From Pseudovirgaria hyperparasitica (Eukaryota): DNA of 64,000 nt. The notes under the pieces are model-generated. The model searched no databases. It was not told the origin of the DNA and saw only the letters and a program-made list of their open reading frames with translations. Of this stretch, positions 24,330 to 37,318 are shown piece after piece. Within the stretch, counting starts at the first letter, position 1; every line of letters begins with the position of its first letter. The stretch lies in NCBI GenBank assembly GCA_010093815.1, contig ML996565.1; one strand, 5' to 3'. The position numbers and the translations under genes are program-made.

Positions 24330-25389
24330 TCATGCCGGTTCTTGCCAGGATTTGCCCAGAGCTTCGGATACTTGGTGGTCGGTCCAGTACCAAAGGTTCT
24401 TTGCCAAGTCTTTATTTTGCGCAGTGGTGCTTGTTTCATACTCGGTTGCCACTGGTACGAAGTACTTCCCTCGTAATTGCTGTTTCTCGACTTCAGGACT
24501 TGCAGCCAGGAAAATCGCTGTGGCGGCTCCATCTTCTGGAGATTGACCGACGAATTCAACACCGCTCTTGATGACCTTCCCAGCAATACTACCCAGCATG
24601 TTCTTCCACGTGTCCATTGCTTCGGTGGGAATGTTGCCTGGAAAGTAGCTGTTGACGAAGACGTTGGATGAGCCTTTCTTTTCAAGCAGCTTTGCTAGTT
24701 CACGCGTGAATAGGATATTGGCAAGCTTCGATCGCCCATATCTCCAAACATTGTCAAAGACAGCTGGAGATTTGACAGGTTGGTCAGATCGCAAAAGTGC
24801 TAGGTCGAGTTCCTGGCAAGCTAAATGCAGTGATGACGAGGTGATCACGATCCGCGCAGAGCCATACTCTGCTCCGGTCGATTCAATCAGTGGAAGTAGG
24901 AGAAGCGTAAGTACGTAATGGCCGACGTGGTTCGTCGCGAAAACAGACTCGATACCTTGTGGGCTAAGGGAACACCCCGAAGAAGGAGGTACGCCTACAT
25001 AGAATAATTAGGTACAAATACAACAGCGTTGAAGCCGAGAACATACCAGCATTGTTGAACAGGATGTCTAAACGATTTAGTCTCGATCGTAAAATCTCCA
25101 CACTCCTTTTCACGGCATGAATGTCGCTGAGATCACATTGCACAAACTCAGTGCGGTTCTCCACATCAGCAGCTTTTAACCCTTTTTGGTTCACCCATTC
25201 CGAACGTGCAGCAGTAAAACGCTCTTCCGATCTAGCGAGGACATAGACTTTAGCGATGCCGTGGAGGAGTAGTTGGGCAGTGATCTCTCGACCGATACCA
25301 GCCTGGCCACCCGTGACGACGGCCGTTTTACCGGTAAGATCTGGAGTGTCTTGGAGCTTGAACTTGCGGTGACTAATGAGGCCTGACAT
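24330..25389 (-). CDS. Short-chain dehydrogenase/reductase (retinol dehydrogenase/WWOX-like)
   Basis: TGGQAGIG, NNAG, FATNHVGHY, YGRSKLAN. Intron 24995-25046. Confidence 0.92.
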
Positions 25390-25904
25390 CGTTAACAGAG
25401 ATATTGGATTGTAAGCGGGGAGATTGGCAAGTGGATTGTACATGTTGCATACTTTGGAGACGTAGTCCTTGGAGACTTAGTGTTGCTGAGGTGTTATTTT
25501 CTTCCTTAACCTCCCCACATCCGGATTGGTCAATGCATGACGTAGCGTATGTAGGCCTCAGGCATTAATATCACTCTTGGTCAGTTCTGGGTCTGAGAGA
25601 GAGAGAAATGGGTTAAAACTCAACAGACAGCTCGTAGCATTCAGAGGCTGAAGCTGATATACCTAGTCAGCTGACTGCATTTCACGGTCCTACTATAACT
25701 GTATCATGAGACTGTTCAATTAGCCCGTTGCTGCGAGATTCGAAGAGCATTGACAGGACGAAAGGCAGGAAAGACTATATAGTCTAATGAATAGATTGCA
25801 CGATATATACAAATGCTGTGCCCCACTCAAATTTATAATTTGTACTTCACTCACGTCCCAACGCCATGCTATGCTTTCATCACCAAACCATTCAACATGC
25901 AAAA

Positions 25905-27933
25905 TTAACAGCCTGACGGGAGAGTGTAGTCTTCAACACGGTTGGTGCCAGTACCGCGCGATGCATTGACACCGAGACCACGCTTGGCGAATGCCTTCCA
26001 AAGGTCGCATTTATTGGAGCCACCGGTAAGGTTGGCGTCAGCGTCGATGATGGCATCACGAGCCTGGACAAAATTTGGATTGCAAGGTTGGCTGAAAGCA
26101 ATGTTAGTCATGGGTGGGTTCACAATGGAAAGGTAAAGATACTTACAGTGCCATACCGTCAAGGACGAGCTTCATGCTCAGATATCGGCCGTCGGTGGGC
26201 ACGCCGTTGGAGTAGACTGGTGTCTGGCTAGCGGTGTTACCATGCTTATCGATCAAGTTCCACATGACCTCGTAAAGGATTGTTGCCCAGGTGGTCCCGA
26301 TGGCGTGGACTTCATTCTGGCTGTTCAAGGACTTGTAGGTGAGAGGATTGGTAGAGAGAGAGGTTGAGTAGAGGTATTGACGGATACCATTTGCCTTGCC
26401 ACTGACCCAAGCACCGAGCGGCATGTTGGTGCTGCGGCTGTCGGACGTCTTGGTGTCGATTGCAAGAGCGTAAAAGTCACTCCAGCCCTCGCCCATACCG
26501 CCAGCTTCGGTGGCGCTGAGGCAATTTGAGTTTGCTGGGCCGCCAGTTAACCTGTTAGATAGACCATGTGTGTACTCGTGAAGGACGACACCGGCCTCGA
26601 AGGAGCAGTCCCGGTTTGGAGTTGTGCTGGTCCACATGTACATGCGCATGCGACCATTTTGGCCATCGGGAGGGGTGGCAAAGTTAGCATTGTTGGTTCC
26701 CGATCCGTCCTGGGCGTTGAGAATGACAAAGTCATTACCGCTTCCACCTTGATTGTTGTTATTGCTCTCAAAGTTACCCGCCTTCTCAGTGAACCCGAGT
26801 TGGTAAAGCAAATCGTGGTAACGATTAGCCGTGTAGAACAGCTGCGTGACTGAGGCGTTTTGGTACACCTTGTTGTCTGTCTCCTGAAGAGAGTATGGGA
26901 AGTCAAAGGTCAAGGAGCTGCTGCCGTCCGGGCGTGGATCATTCAAGTAGGAGGTATCACCCTCATAGTTCACCTGAGCAATGGCATTGTTGCCACGAGT
27001 AGTGGTGTAGGAGGTAGAACCAGTACTGTGCCACCCAAATTCAGAGGCGGTACCATCAGCAGGATCTTTGACAAGTGTACGTGACCCCTTGGTAGGGTCA
27101 TTGACAGTCCATGGGTATACGTTGTAAGTGGCATCAGCAACGTAGTCCGCGACACCGTGCACCCGTTCGGTGTTCTGAGCATCGACGTAGGAGAGTAGCC
27201 AATTATCATAGATATCCGTCTCCACTCTCCATGTCAGCTTTAGGGAACCATCCTCACCCTGGAAGTAGACGAGCTTGGAGATGGGATCTGATACAGCACC
27301 AGAGCTGCCTTTGATAGTGTAGGTCTCCTTTTCTTGTTGAGCTTCAGCGGTAGCAGATGAAGCATCGACGGACAACTGTAGAACATTGTTTGCGCCAGTC
27401 AACGCGGACACAGCATCCACGAAATCACGCTTCTGAAGTGGACTCTCAGCAGGGATGTCACCTTGGAAAAAGGAGTGTCCAAACGATAGAATGGATCCAT
27501 CCTTAGCGATCTGCAGGTTGTTAGCTTACGAAAGAAAAGGAAGTGATCGGGCCTGACTTACGTTGATGTTGAAGTCAGCATTGTCGATGTCTAGATCATG
27601 AGCAGTCTGCCTGACGTGGATGTGTGTGATGCCACTGTCACCAGTGTAGTAGTCAGGGACTACACGGAAGGAGGCGTCAGGAAATGTCTTCTTGACAAGT
27701 TCCGTCGCAGTCTCTACCGCGTCTGCTCGTTTCTGTATGCTCCCATTGATGTTTTCCTCCCGAACCTTCTCGTTCTGGGTGTACTGGGCCTTAGCTGGGA
27801 GCCTGAACTTGTTCAAGTCAACGGTACGCCTCTGGATGTTAGCAGCGGCAGGGCGCTCGACGTCAGTCCGGAAGGGGTGAGCGACGACACCAGTCAAGAA
27901 CAAAGACACTGCAAGGAGGACTGGCTTCACCAT
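25905..27933 (-). CDS. Fungalysin, extracellular M36 metalloprotease
   Basis: Signal peptide and FTP-type propeptide, [22 protein letters not shown]. Introns 27511-27561 and 26092-26146. Confidence 0.95.
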
Positions 27934-29749
27934 ATTGATGCTTGGTTCCTGGTGTAGGTATTTTGAAATGAGGCTGGAGGCTGAAAATTAATTCGACGGC
28001 CATCTTGCACTATTTAAATGAATGTTGGCTCCTCTGGGAGGCGATATGCTGCGAAGTCGTTGACAACGCAGCTGCCTGTTCCAGGTAGGACAATGATCAG
28101 ATCTGAGCATCTTATGTGTGTACCCAATCTAGATAACGCATTCATAATTGGGGGGCTTGCGGCTGGAAAGTAGGGGATAAAGGTGACATCCGTAGGAAAA
28201 CGCCCTGCTGGTGTCGAGATGCCAAGGAGGGAGATCGATACGCTCCACTATGGATTACTTCCAGGCTTCCTATCTGGTCGAAAGCTCGAGGGATGAAAAA
28301 CGTGTGGACACTGAGCCGACACCCTCATTCTCGATATGTGATCGTCGGTTATGATGCCAAGATTGGTAGCGGACAGATACTTTGTATCCCCTAGCCTAAT
28401 GGGGCAGGTTGTGAAGCAAGCTGGGCGGCCCGTCGGAGAATTCTTGGCATCTTTGAGGAAATACTGTATCCGGTGACTACGGCAATCATGTCTGGCAGAT
28501 GACGTTTCTCATTCGGGAGGTGGCTCAAGGAGTAATGTCTTGCGATAGGTAATTGTTTTGATTGCCGCCGCTTAGCGGACTAGAGATGCGACCTCATGAG
28601 TGGTCCACGGGCAGGGCCATACAAGGCAGGTGTGTCGCGACCAATCTTTTCGAGCTTCGGCTCCATGCTATGCCCAGGGTAGATGATAAGCAGGTCTATA
28701 CAGCCTATGTTACATTCCTATTCGACTGTGGCGGCGGAATCAGATGGCGGGCGCTCGCATGCTGTCCTTCTTGAATCAGCCTCATCAGTTCCAGGCGGGC
28801 TGCCAGGGTGGGGCAGGTAGATCGCCAGCAGGGAGATCGGCATCAACATCGCGTGCTGGGAATCGTGGGTCGTGTATATCTCCGTGAAGACCAGCTACAG
28901 CGCCAAGTTGGGAGATTTGTGTGATCGATGTAGGGCACAGAGTAAAACCGTACCGCTGAATCGATGACAGAGTCCGATGGGCATTCGAGTAAGCGAAATG
29001 ATGATAACTAGAGAGTAGCACTGCAGGTAAGACACCAGACTGAACCTCGCCTCGGCGGGCAGGGCTTGTATTCAAGACCTCGGCATGCATTGATAGTATG
29101 GGCACCCGCAAGTACAAAAGATATCAAGTACTGTCTTTTTGCTCCCGGGTGAGTCAATCAATCATAACCGCTGATGTTCGCAGGATTTCGTGTAGGCGAT
29201 GATATTATACCGTTGTACGTAGTCGATCGAGTATGAAACTGCAGCTTTGACGATTTGATCAGATCGATGATAGTGCGTAGGTAGTGAGATCTGGATCTAT
29301 TGTCCCAAAACAAGCTCTGGCCCCTGTTGTACCTGCATGCTGCCAAGATGAATTCTCGCCGAATGCACGCCGCAAGGCTTCTACCAGTCGACAAAGCTTG
29401 CGTGCATATACGTAGCATTCTTCTGAGTTTCTTGTTGAAGTCATGATGTCAAGCAGTACAAAGACAACAGTTACGACCTCTTGTGGGCATTTCTTATCTT
29501 GTACGTTATAGCTCAGAGTCTCAGGGTGCCGCACTCGCGCTACGGAGCGGAGCGTGGTGCGTGGTTTCAACGGCCAGCGCATCTTGAAGGATGGATCGAA
29601 TTAGATATATTCTGAAAAGTCTGAGCAGCAAAATGATCGATGAAAAGTTATGTAGCCATGCCCCATCGCCTCCCATATATTTCTTTCCAACGCCCTGCGA
29701 TATTGACGTGGCACCAAGAATGAAACCTGCCTCGTCGTCCGTCGACCAA

Positions 29750-30946
29750 CTACTCAAACTTCGCATAAGCCAGCTCGTAAGCCAATGCCAGAGTTAGCTT
29801 CGCATGCTGTAGCATATGGTCAAACGAAAGGTACTCAATTTTGTCCTCTGTAGTGTGGATCTTGTTATCCGAATACTTGAAATCACTTTCAATCACGAAA
29901 GCACTTGGATATCCCGCTTTGCTCGCACTCGCATGATCGCTGCATGCATATCCACACTTCGTCAGCACAAATGGAATATCGCAGTAATCTGTGATAACCT
30001 CTTTAATGAACTCTGTGAGCCCAGGGTCCACAAAGTCGGTGATGACACCGACAGACTCGGGCTCGCCGGCGTCGATAGTCTTCTGGACGTAGCCCGTCAT
30101 ATCTTGCTGTAGCATGGCCTTCACATCACGGCCCTCTTTCTGGTAGGACTGGAAGATAGCTTGGGAGCCGAGGAGGCCGCCTTCCTCGGCTGAGTACCAC
30201 TGGAACTCGAGTGTATTTTCGGCTTTGCCAGCAAGGATGTCTTTGTCGGTAAGGAGAACACGAAGAGCTTCCCAGATGGTGACGGTGCCGGAGCCATCGT
30301 CGTCAGCCCCAGGAGCGGCAAGGAGCGAGGGCAGGAAAAGGTTGATGGAGTCCTGATGAGCGCCAATGACGACTGTCTTCTCGCTCTTGCCGGGGATAGT
30401 CACTATCAAAGAGTTCTGCCCCCACGGGTGCGGAAAGTGTACGGCCGTGATGTTGTGGTCCAGCGCGCCTGCGTCTTTGAGGGTTTGAGTTACAGACTCC
30501 AGCAGCCATGATGAAGACTGTGCGCCGTAGGTAGACTTGTAGTACCTAGTATGGAAGGAGGTGAATTTCTCCAGGTGCTTACGCATGTTGTCCTTCTCTA
30601 GCTTCTTTATCATGGGCGAGATGGTGTCGTTGTATGCAGTCTTGGACGGAAACTTGACTTTAGCCATAGTTGAGGAGGCATCGTTGAAGTCGCGATGGTT
30701 TGTGATGTCGAAGAAGTTCTGTCCGGCCTAAAAGAGGTGTTAGCATAGAGTCAAGCACGCGAAAGAGATGAAAAGAACCTTGCGCAACTCCCACTTCTCG
30801 TCCTCTGTAATCCATCTCGTATTGCCTGGTGAAAGCTCAACAAGGAAGCGCTCATTGCTCTGGAGCGGGACTTGACCTGGTCCCTGAATTGAACGGGCAT
30901 AAGTACCAGCCGCAAGGCAGGCTGGAAGAATTAAAGAGGCCTTCAT
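29750..30946 (-). CDS. LAP1: Secreted leucine aminopeptidase, peptidase M28
   Basis: [39 protein letters not shown]. Intron 30728-30778. Confidence 0.93.
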
Positions 30947-32711
30947 AGTCGGCGATTATGCGGGCGTGAACAAAAGACGGTGGTCGAGCTTTCAACGCTG
31001 GATCTCTTATGATTCAGGTACCTGGTAGTTACCTGCTAGGTACTATGGCGATGATGACGCAAAGGAGGCTGGGCGGGTGCCCGGAGGTCGGCCCTCCAGC
31101 TCCACTGTAGAAGGTTTGGAAGACCCCGGCCGAGGGACCACACCGCTTTCGTTGTTTTGACAACAGACATGCGCTTGCACCACCCGTCCTTCCGTGACTT
31201 TCATACTCATACTCCTGATACTATGACACAAGGATTGAAAGGACTGCAAATAGCGCCGGAGCCGTGGCCAGCATGTCAGAGCCTTGAGATGCGAATTCCT
31301 CTTCACCTTTCCTAGATCGAGGCGCCTTGAATTAGTGGCAAAGTAGATCTTGACCGAGCTAGTATCATCCTCTACTGAAGACATTCGATCTTTGATATTC
31401 CATGGTCTATACAAAGACCATGAGCGAATATCTCATTCTTTGATCTGCATCTCAAGCGCCTACAGAGCCTTTTCGGTGAGAATCAGTTTTCTGCCTGGTA
31501 GGCTTTCGAGTCTGAGAACAACATCAAGTCTTTAACATATGCGAACCATAGCTACCTAGCAGCAGTATTGAGTTCGTCCGTATGCTCTGGTAGACCTCAT
31601 TGATTTGTCGCTATGCAGCTTCCACGCTTCAAAGCTCCATTGCCAAGATCAAGGTAGTCAGCCCCAGGCGCGAAAGGTTCTGAGCGAGGTTTCAGCAGTT
31701 CTATCATCATGAGCCATTGTTGATAGCGGTCTGGTATATCAAGTGTGACGCCGACGCCCTTCACTTGCACAGATTATAGATAACGGAAAGGAGTACGACG
31801 GTCCACAAATGGAAAGACGGTGAACAACCCATGCTAATGAAAGCAGCTCACTTCGTCTACCCTGAAGGCTGAATATCCATCTAGATACCAGAACATATAG
31901 CCGGCCGCGTAAATCATATCTTCTCTCGAGAGAAGTCTTGAAGATAGTCTTGCCCATACGACTGATCGAGCTAGCTTGACAAATCCATGCCCGTCCTCCA
32001 TCGGATGAAACACATGCAGCCATGGCCATTCACTCGACCCTAGGTAGTAATCGATCGGGTACACCAGAAAGATAAAAGGGATTTCAACTAAGTCGATGAC
32101 GAGGTAGAAAGACTCAATGCCAACCCTGTGTGATTGGGAGTGAGGAAATGCAACTGCCTAGTGAGGCGTAAGAGAAGATGAGAGCGCTCGCATATGGTTG
32201 AGCGTTCATGAATAATAGATTGTGAACTTTGGCCGTCTCTCCTTCAAAGCAAGAGCGAGTTTATGCAGTGGGTTAGGCGCTAAGTGGTTTCAGCATTGTT
32301 GAGGTCACTACGGGAATCTCCTGAACGTTAAAAAGCATGAGGTCGACTTATTGAACATGACACAATGCAACGTTCTTGAGACAAAAAGCTTCGGCTTGTT
32401 GTCGGGGTGTTGGGCTCGTAGGGCTCCAGTCTTGATAGACAACGTACAGAAAATCTTTAAGCATGCTAGGGTGAGATGCCGGCACTAGCCAAGTGAATTC
32501 AAGGAGATCGTGGAATTGAAGTTTGACCTGCCTACCTGTTTCGCAAAATTTTCGCATACAGGTCTTATTTAATCTTCTCGTCAACTTCTCGTTGCTCTCT
32601 ATACCTGTTTCCCCGCCACTTCGGATTCTACATTCGTTCCATTGTCTGATCGCACGTACAGTCCATAGCAGCCGACACCGACGTGGTCAATAAATTCTCA
32701 GAACATCCAAC

Positions 32712-33951
32712 ATGGCGCCTAGCGATGATGGGTTTGGTCAGTTGCTCGAGACGGGCGAATACAGTGACTGTATCATTGTATGCATAGGACCTGAGGTCAA
32801 CTACGAGTTCAGAACTCATAAATCTGTCGTCTGTTGCCAATCGCCCGTCCTAAGAGCGGCTTTCAATCGCTCATCCATGGCACGTTTGCACCGACAGTCG
32901 AATAGGAACAAGGCTGACCTGGTCTAGGAGAATTCTCCCGACACCATACTCATCGAGGACTATGACCTGACTACGGTTGCACACATGATGGACTTCCTTT
33001 ACAAAAAGTCATATAGTGTCAATGTCACCGACGTTGACGACAAGGTAAGAATGGGCATCCACGGTTGGAGCAAAAAGTGAGCTTACTCAAGATGAGGATA
33101 TTTCCAACAAATTGATCCAGCACATCCGCGTCAATGCTATTGCGGAATGCTACAAGATCGAGCAGCTCAAGTCGCTCGCGAGCTCCCAATTTCATTCACT
33201 TCTAGAGTCCTCTTTCACAATTACCGGGCTAGCCCACGTTATCACCGAGCTCAGCGCAATAAACGAGACGTCGATGAAGGCAGATCTAGCGTCCGCCCTG
33301 TCAAAGAACCCTGCGAATGCCGTGAAGTATCTATCAGCACAAAGAGGCAAGGTCGACGAGCTTTGGTTCTATGTATTGCTCTGCTTCGGGCTGGAGCATG
33401 GGGCGATACAGTCGCATCTAGATAAGACGCAGGCTATGCTCTCACATGAGGAGACTGAGATGGAGAATGTCAGAAGTAAGCTTTCAGAGGTGATGACTGA
33501 ACTGTCCGACGCCAAGGTTGAGCTATCAAGCACAAAGACTGAGCTTTCAGATCTAAAGACTCTGTATCATGTTACTCAGTCACAGCTACAAAGGCTTGAA
33601 GCCGCGCTCTTGACCAAGGAGACCCAGCTTTCCACTACAAATGCTGGACTGGCGCACTCAAAAAACGATCTTTCAAACGTGGAAATCTTGCATTCAAGGG
33701 AGCTCACAAAGGTGAAGGCTCAGCTCGCGAATGTGAAAGTCGAACTTGCGAATACGACAGCGAAGCCAACGAGACAAAACGCTTCAAGGCAAGGATTGAC
33801 CGCGAATCAAAAAGACGAGTTGGCGGATTTCAAAGCCTGCGTGAAAAAAGTCAACGATACAAACGAGTGTCGACACTGTGGTGAGAGCTTCAAATGGCGC
33901 GTCGACGGTGCTCTCAATTTGCGTTGCGGAGCCTGCACAACACGAAACTGA
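32712..33951 (+). CDS. BTB/POZ protein with coiled coil and C-terminal CxxC...CxxC motif (BTB1)
   Basis: GEYSDCIIVC...HKSVVCCQSPVLRAAF, then MMDFLY. GC-AG intron at 32880-32927. Second frame break at 33045-33096 (intron or frameshift). Confidence 0.8.
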
Positions 33952-34522
33952 TATGAGCGTCGCTCTCGTTTGAGCAGATTAATTTCTCTCTCTTAAGATA
34001 AAGGACTATGCTACATGGGTTAGGGAGTGGGCTTGCAGGATGATACTGTGACGACTCAAATGTTGGACGGATAGCATTGAAGATAGATCCAGCAATCACA
34101 AACACGTAGACCCAGCGAAGGCAATCTAATATTCTGTTTCAGTACTGCTTAGGTCTTGGGACTGGGTTCCCAGGGAGCAGCCTTACAGTATGTATCTCAC
34201 GACACTGTGACACTTTGATCATAAAGCGGTGCCACAGTGCTTCCCCGTGGTGAAGTGAAGACAATCTGAATTGTTCATTGTTGTTGCCATTGCCGTCGAC
34301 GCGGAAACCCTCAAGACGCGTCCTACCCATGCACTGTACGCGTGGTGGCAAACGGCGAAGTAGCTAGTTCGTAGGTCGTTCGCAATATTCATTTTCTTAA
34401 AGATAGAGTTAAGCAATCCCTCAGCCTGTCAGTTCATGACTCTACACCCAAGTTCAACAGAGTTAGAATCAGATCTTCTTCGCAACACGAGTTTCACATC
34501 CTCTCAATTTGACGAGTTGGAC

Positions 34523-35568
34523 ATGATGGTTTCAACATCGTCACTGGAAGTCTTTAAACAGCTTCTCAAAACTGGCGACTACAGTGACTGCACGCTGGTA
34601 TGCGAGGGTCGTGAGTTCAAGACTCATAAGTCCGTAGTTTGCTCACAGTCACCTGTACTAAAGAAAGCACTCGACGGTTCATTCAAGGTTAGTAATACCT
34701 TCCGGCTTTAGCAATGTTTCCGGTACCGGTACCAAAGTATTTATAGGAGGGCATCACAAATGTTGTCAACATCGAGGCGTTCGACGTAAATACGGTTGAG
34801 TGCATGGTCAACTTCCTATACACTGGAGACTACAGCGTCGACATGTTTGTAGAAGAAGAGGTAACCGAATCCCGGGTCGATCTGGGAGGACGCAAGTCCA
34901 ACCTAATCATGAACATCAATGAAGGTATTGACGGTGTCATGTCGGGACTGGCAGAGACGCATCTAATCGATCTAGAGGATCCTCCGGACCTTAAGTCAGT
35001 CGATATATCTGCTATGCTTCGACCGCATATATGCGCCAACGCTATTGGCGATTTCTACTTTCTCCCAGACCTGAAAGCTTGTGCGTCAAAGAAGATCGAA
35101 GCCATTCTGAAAGATACCTTCAGCGTCCAAGGTTTGGCCGAAGTCATACGTGTAGCCTCTGAAGTCAACCACGACGATCCTATGAAGCATCTCGTTATCG
35201 ACGCAATTGTGAAGAATATACATGAGGTCATGGAGGACGAGACGCTTAACAGATCTGAACTGGACGCTTTTCCGTTGGACTTGATCAAGAGTCTCTATCA
35301 ACGACTACAAGCGACGGAGACCGAACTACGCAGATACAAAAAGGAGTATAGAGCATTTTTGTCCACGCAGGAAGATCTGGTAAAGCTCAGGGCTGATCAT
35401 CAACATTTCGAGACCCAACTCACGACCGCGCTGACGCATCTTCGCACGACACGCCAATGCAGGAACGTAAACTGCAAACGTGACTTCGCTAGTTACCTTG
35501 AATGGAATGGGTCTAGCGATTCGCCTTGTTTTTTGTTGCGCTGTCAGAGGTGCAGATGTAAGCACTGA
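34523..35568 (+). CDS. BTB/POZ protein with C-terminal Cys motif (BTB2)
   Basis: GDYSDCTLVCEGREFKTHKSVVCSQSPVL...MVNFLYTGDY. Intron 34688-34746. The ATG at 34436 is an alternative start. Confidence 0.9.
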
Positions 35569-35851
35569 GGTGTAGACAGCGTGTAAGTAGCGTAGCATGG
35601 CCTCATAAGCTTGAACGATAGAGTGTCGCTTTATCGGGAGGAGCGACTTTGTGTGCGAAATTGCACTATGAGAAGTGGAATTACTGCAGATTAAGGGGAT
35701 CCTGAGTGCGTTGGATAGACTTTGATCGGAACGGGACGCTACAATTCATCATAATGTTGGTATGCCACGACATTCTAGCTCTCCCGTCAATTTTCATCCA
35801 AGAAACCCTGAAAGCAGTTATTATCACAATTGGCACATTAGCCGGTCAGAA

Positions 35852-37318
35852 CTAGACGTCCGTAACAATGATACCACAATCGTCCAGCTTATGGCGTAGT
35901 TTTCTCAAGCCTTTCGGTGGCTTCACCTTGCTTTCACTCTCACTCAACTCAACGTTGAATGTTTTCAATGCAAGTAGCACCTTGTCCTTCTCATCCCAGT
36001 CCGCCAGTATCCAGTCAAACATCTCAATGTCGCTCTTCCTCGCTCTCAGTAACAGATTCTCGAGTGTCCTCGGTAGAGATTCGAGAAAGGGCAGCATTTC
36101 ATCTTCCTCCTCAGAATCCACCGGACTGTTGTTGTCTGACTCGTGAAACATCCGTACATCCAAGCTCAAACGCTTTAGTTTGGTCATGCCTTTCATGTCA
36201 CGTATGGAAGCCTCAATAATTCCAGGTTCGTCTGTTCCAGGAGTGTGCAAGTTTAGCACCTCCAGCCGGTCACCACAACCGTTGATCAGGCCTTCCATTA
36301 CCTCTCCTGGTGCCCATGCATATCCACAGCCGTGCCATTTGACATCATGCGAGTATTCGAACGACCGTAGGGCTGGAAGGCGTGATGTGAGATTGAATGC
36401 TTCGTCGCCTCCAAGTATACAGCCTTGTAGTGTAACTTCCGAAAGGTTAACGCTGAACTGGTCGAATTGTGGCTGGAACGGGAAGCCAGTGTAGCCGTCA
36501 TCGAGCGCAATGAGTCCTCGTGCAGTCCATTGCTTCATGCTATTGATCGCGATGAAAGGGGTCACGGAGCTCATGAAGGGTCGAACGTCATGAGCGATTT
36601 CGCACCATGGGATCAGGCGCTCCAACTTCGCTAGAGATGCCACTTCAATTGACCGTGCCTTGTTTGCTTGTGTGGCGATGAGTCGTAACACGCGGCCCGC
36701 ATCACAGTCCGCCTCGACGACTTCGTCGTCCCGGATACGCTGAAAGTACTTCTCGGGGACATCGGTCCATTCGGAAGGGAGACATAGCTCCTTCACGTTA
36801 GGAAGTAACGTCAGGAGGCACACTTCAGCGTGAAACTCCCCAACATCCTTCATGGCGTCGAGCCATTTGTCAATGTTCTGACTCGCTTGCTTCAAATACC
36901 AATTCTGATCCAATAGCTTGCGCAGCGCTCCTGTCTCGGCTTCCCTCCGCCATAGGTTCTCCCTGGTCTTTTCCAATCCACCATAAACGTTATCTCGAGA
37001 CCATATTTCTTCCCCAACGTGCAATTGGTCACTGTTCATGTCGAGGTAACGTATATAATCTAAAATCTCAGGCTCACGGGCAACTTTGGACAGGAACTCA
37101 GACGCCTTTGTGGATGGTACTTCGTCACGGCGGACGAACTCCGCATTCCGTTCAGGAGGAAAACATGCAAATTGATATCGGTGAGTCATCTCCATATGAT
37201 GATCCACTCGGAACTCGCCTATGGTAAACAGCGACTTGCACGTCATCATGAATGCAACGTAGTCATCTGGAGGCAGTTCACTTATAAGTAGTCGGAATAT
37301 GTCAATTGGTAGGTCCAT
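35852..37318 (-). CDS. F-box-like protein with degenerate LRR-like region
   Basis: N-terminal DLPIDIFRLLISELPPDD...TCK. Repeated LPNVKEL, LPALRSF, LKRLSL and LPRTLENL motifs. Intronless, 488 aa. Confidence 0.75.
   Translation of the reverse strand: MDLPIDIFRLLISELPPDDYVAFMMTCKSLFTIGEFRVDHHMEMTHRYQFACFPPERNAEFVRRDEVPSTKASEFLSKVAREPEILDYIRYLDMNSDQLHVGEEIWSRDNVYGGLEKTRENLWRREAETGALRKLLDQNWYLKQASQNIDKWLDAMKDVGEFHAEVCLLTLLPNVKELCLPSEWTDVPEKYFQRIRDDEVVEADCDAGRVLRLIATQANKARSIEVASLAKLERLIPWCEIAHDVRPFMSSVTPFIAINSMKQWTARGLIALDDGYTGFPFQPQFDQFSVNLSEVTLQGCILGGDEAFNLTSRLPALRSFEYSHDVKWHGCGYAWAPGEVMEGLINGCGDRLEVLNLHTPGTDEPGIIEASIRDMKGMTKLKRLSLDVRMFHESDNNSPVDSEEEDEMLPFLESLPRTLENLLLRARKSDIEMFDWILADWDEKDKVLLALKTFNVELSESESKVKPPKGLRKLRHKLDDCGIIVTDV

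Noticed and set aside
31043..32200. Chain of minus-strand ORF fragments
   Set aside because: Possibly a decayed gene, but no family is recognisable and the frames do not join convincingly.
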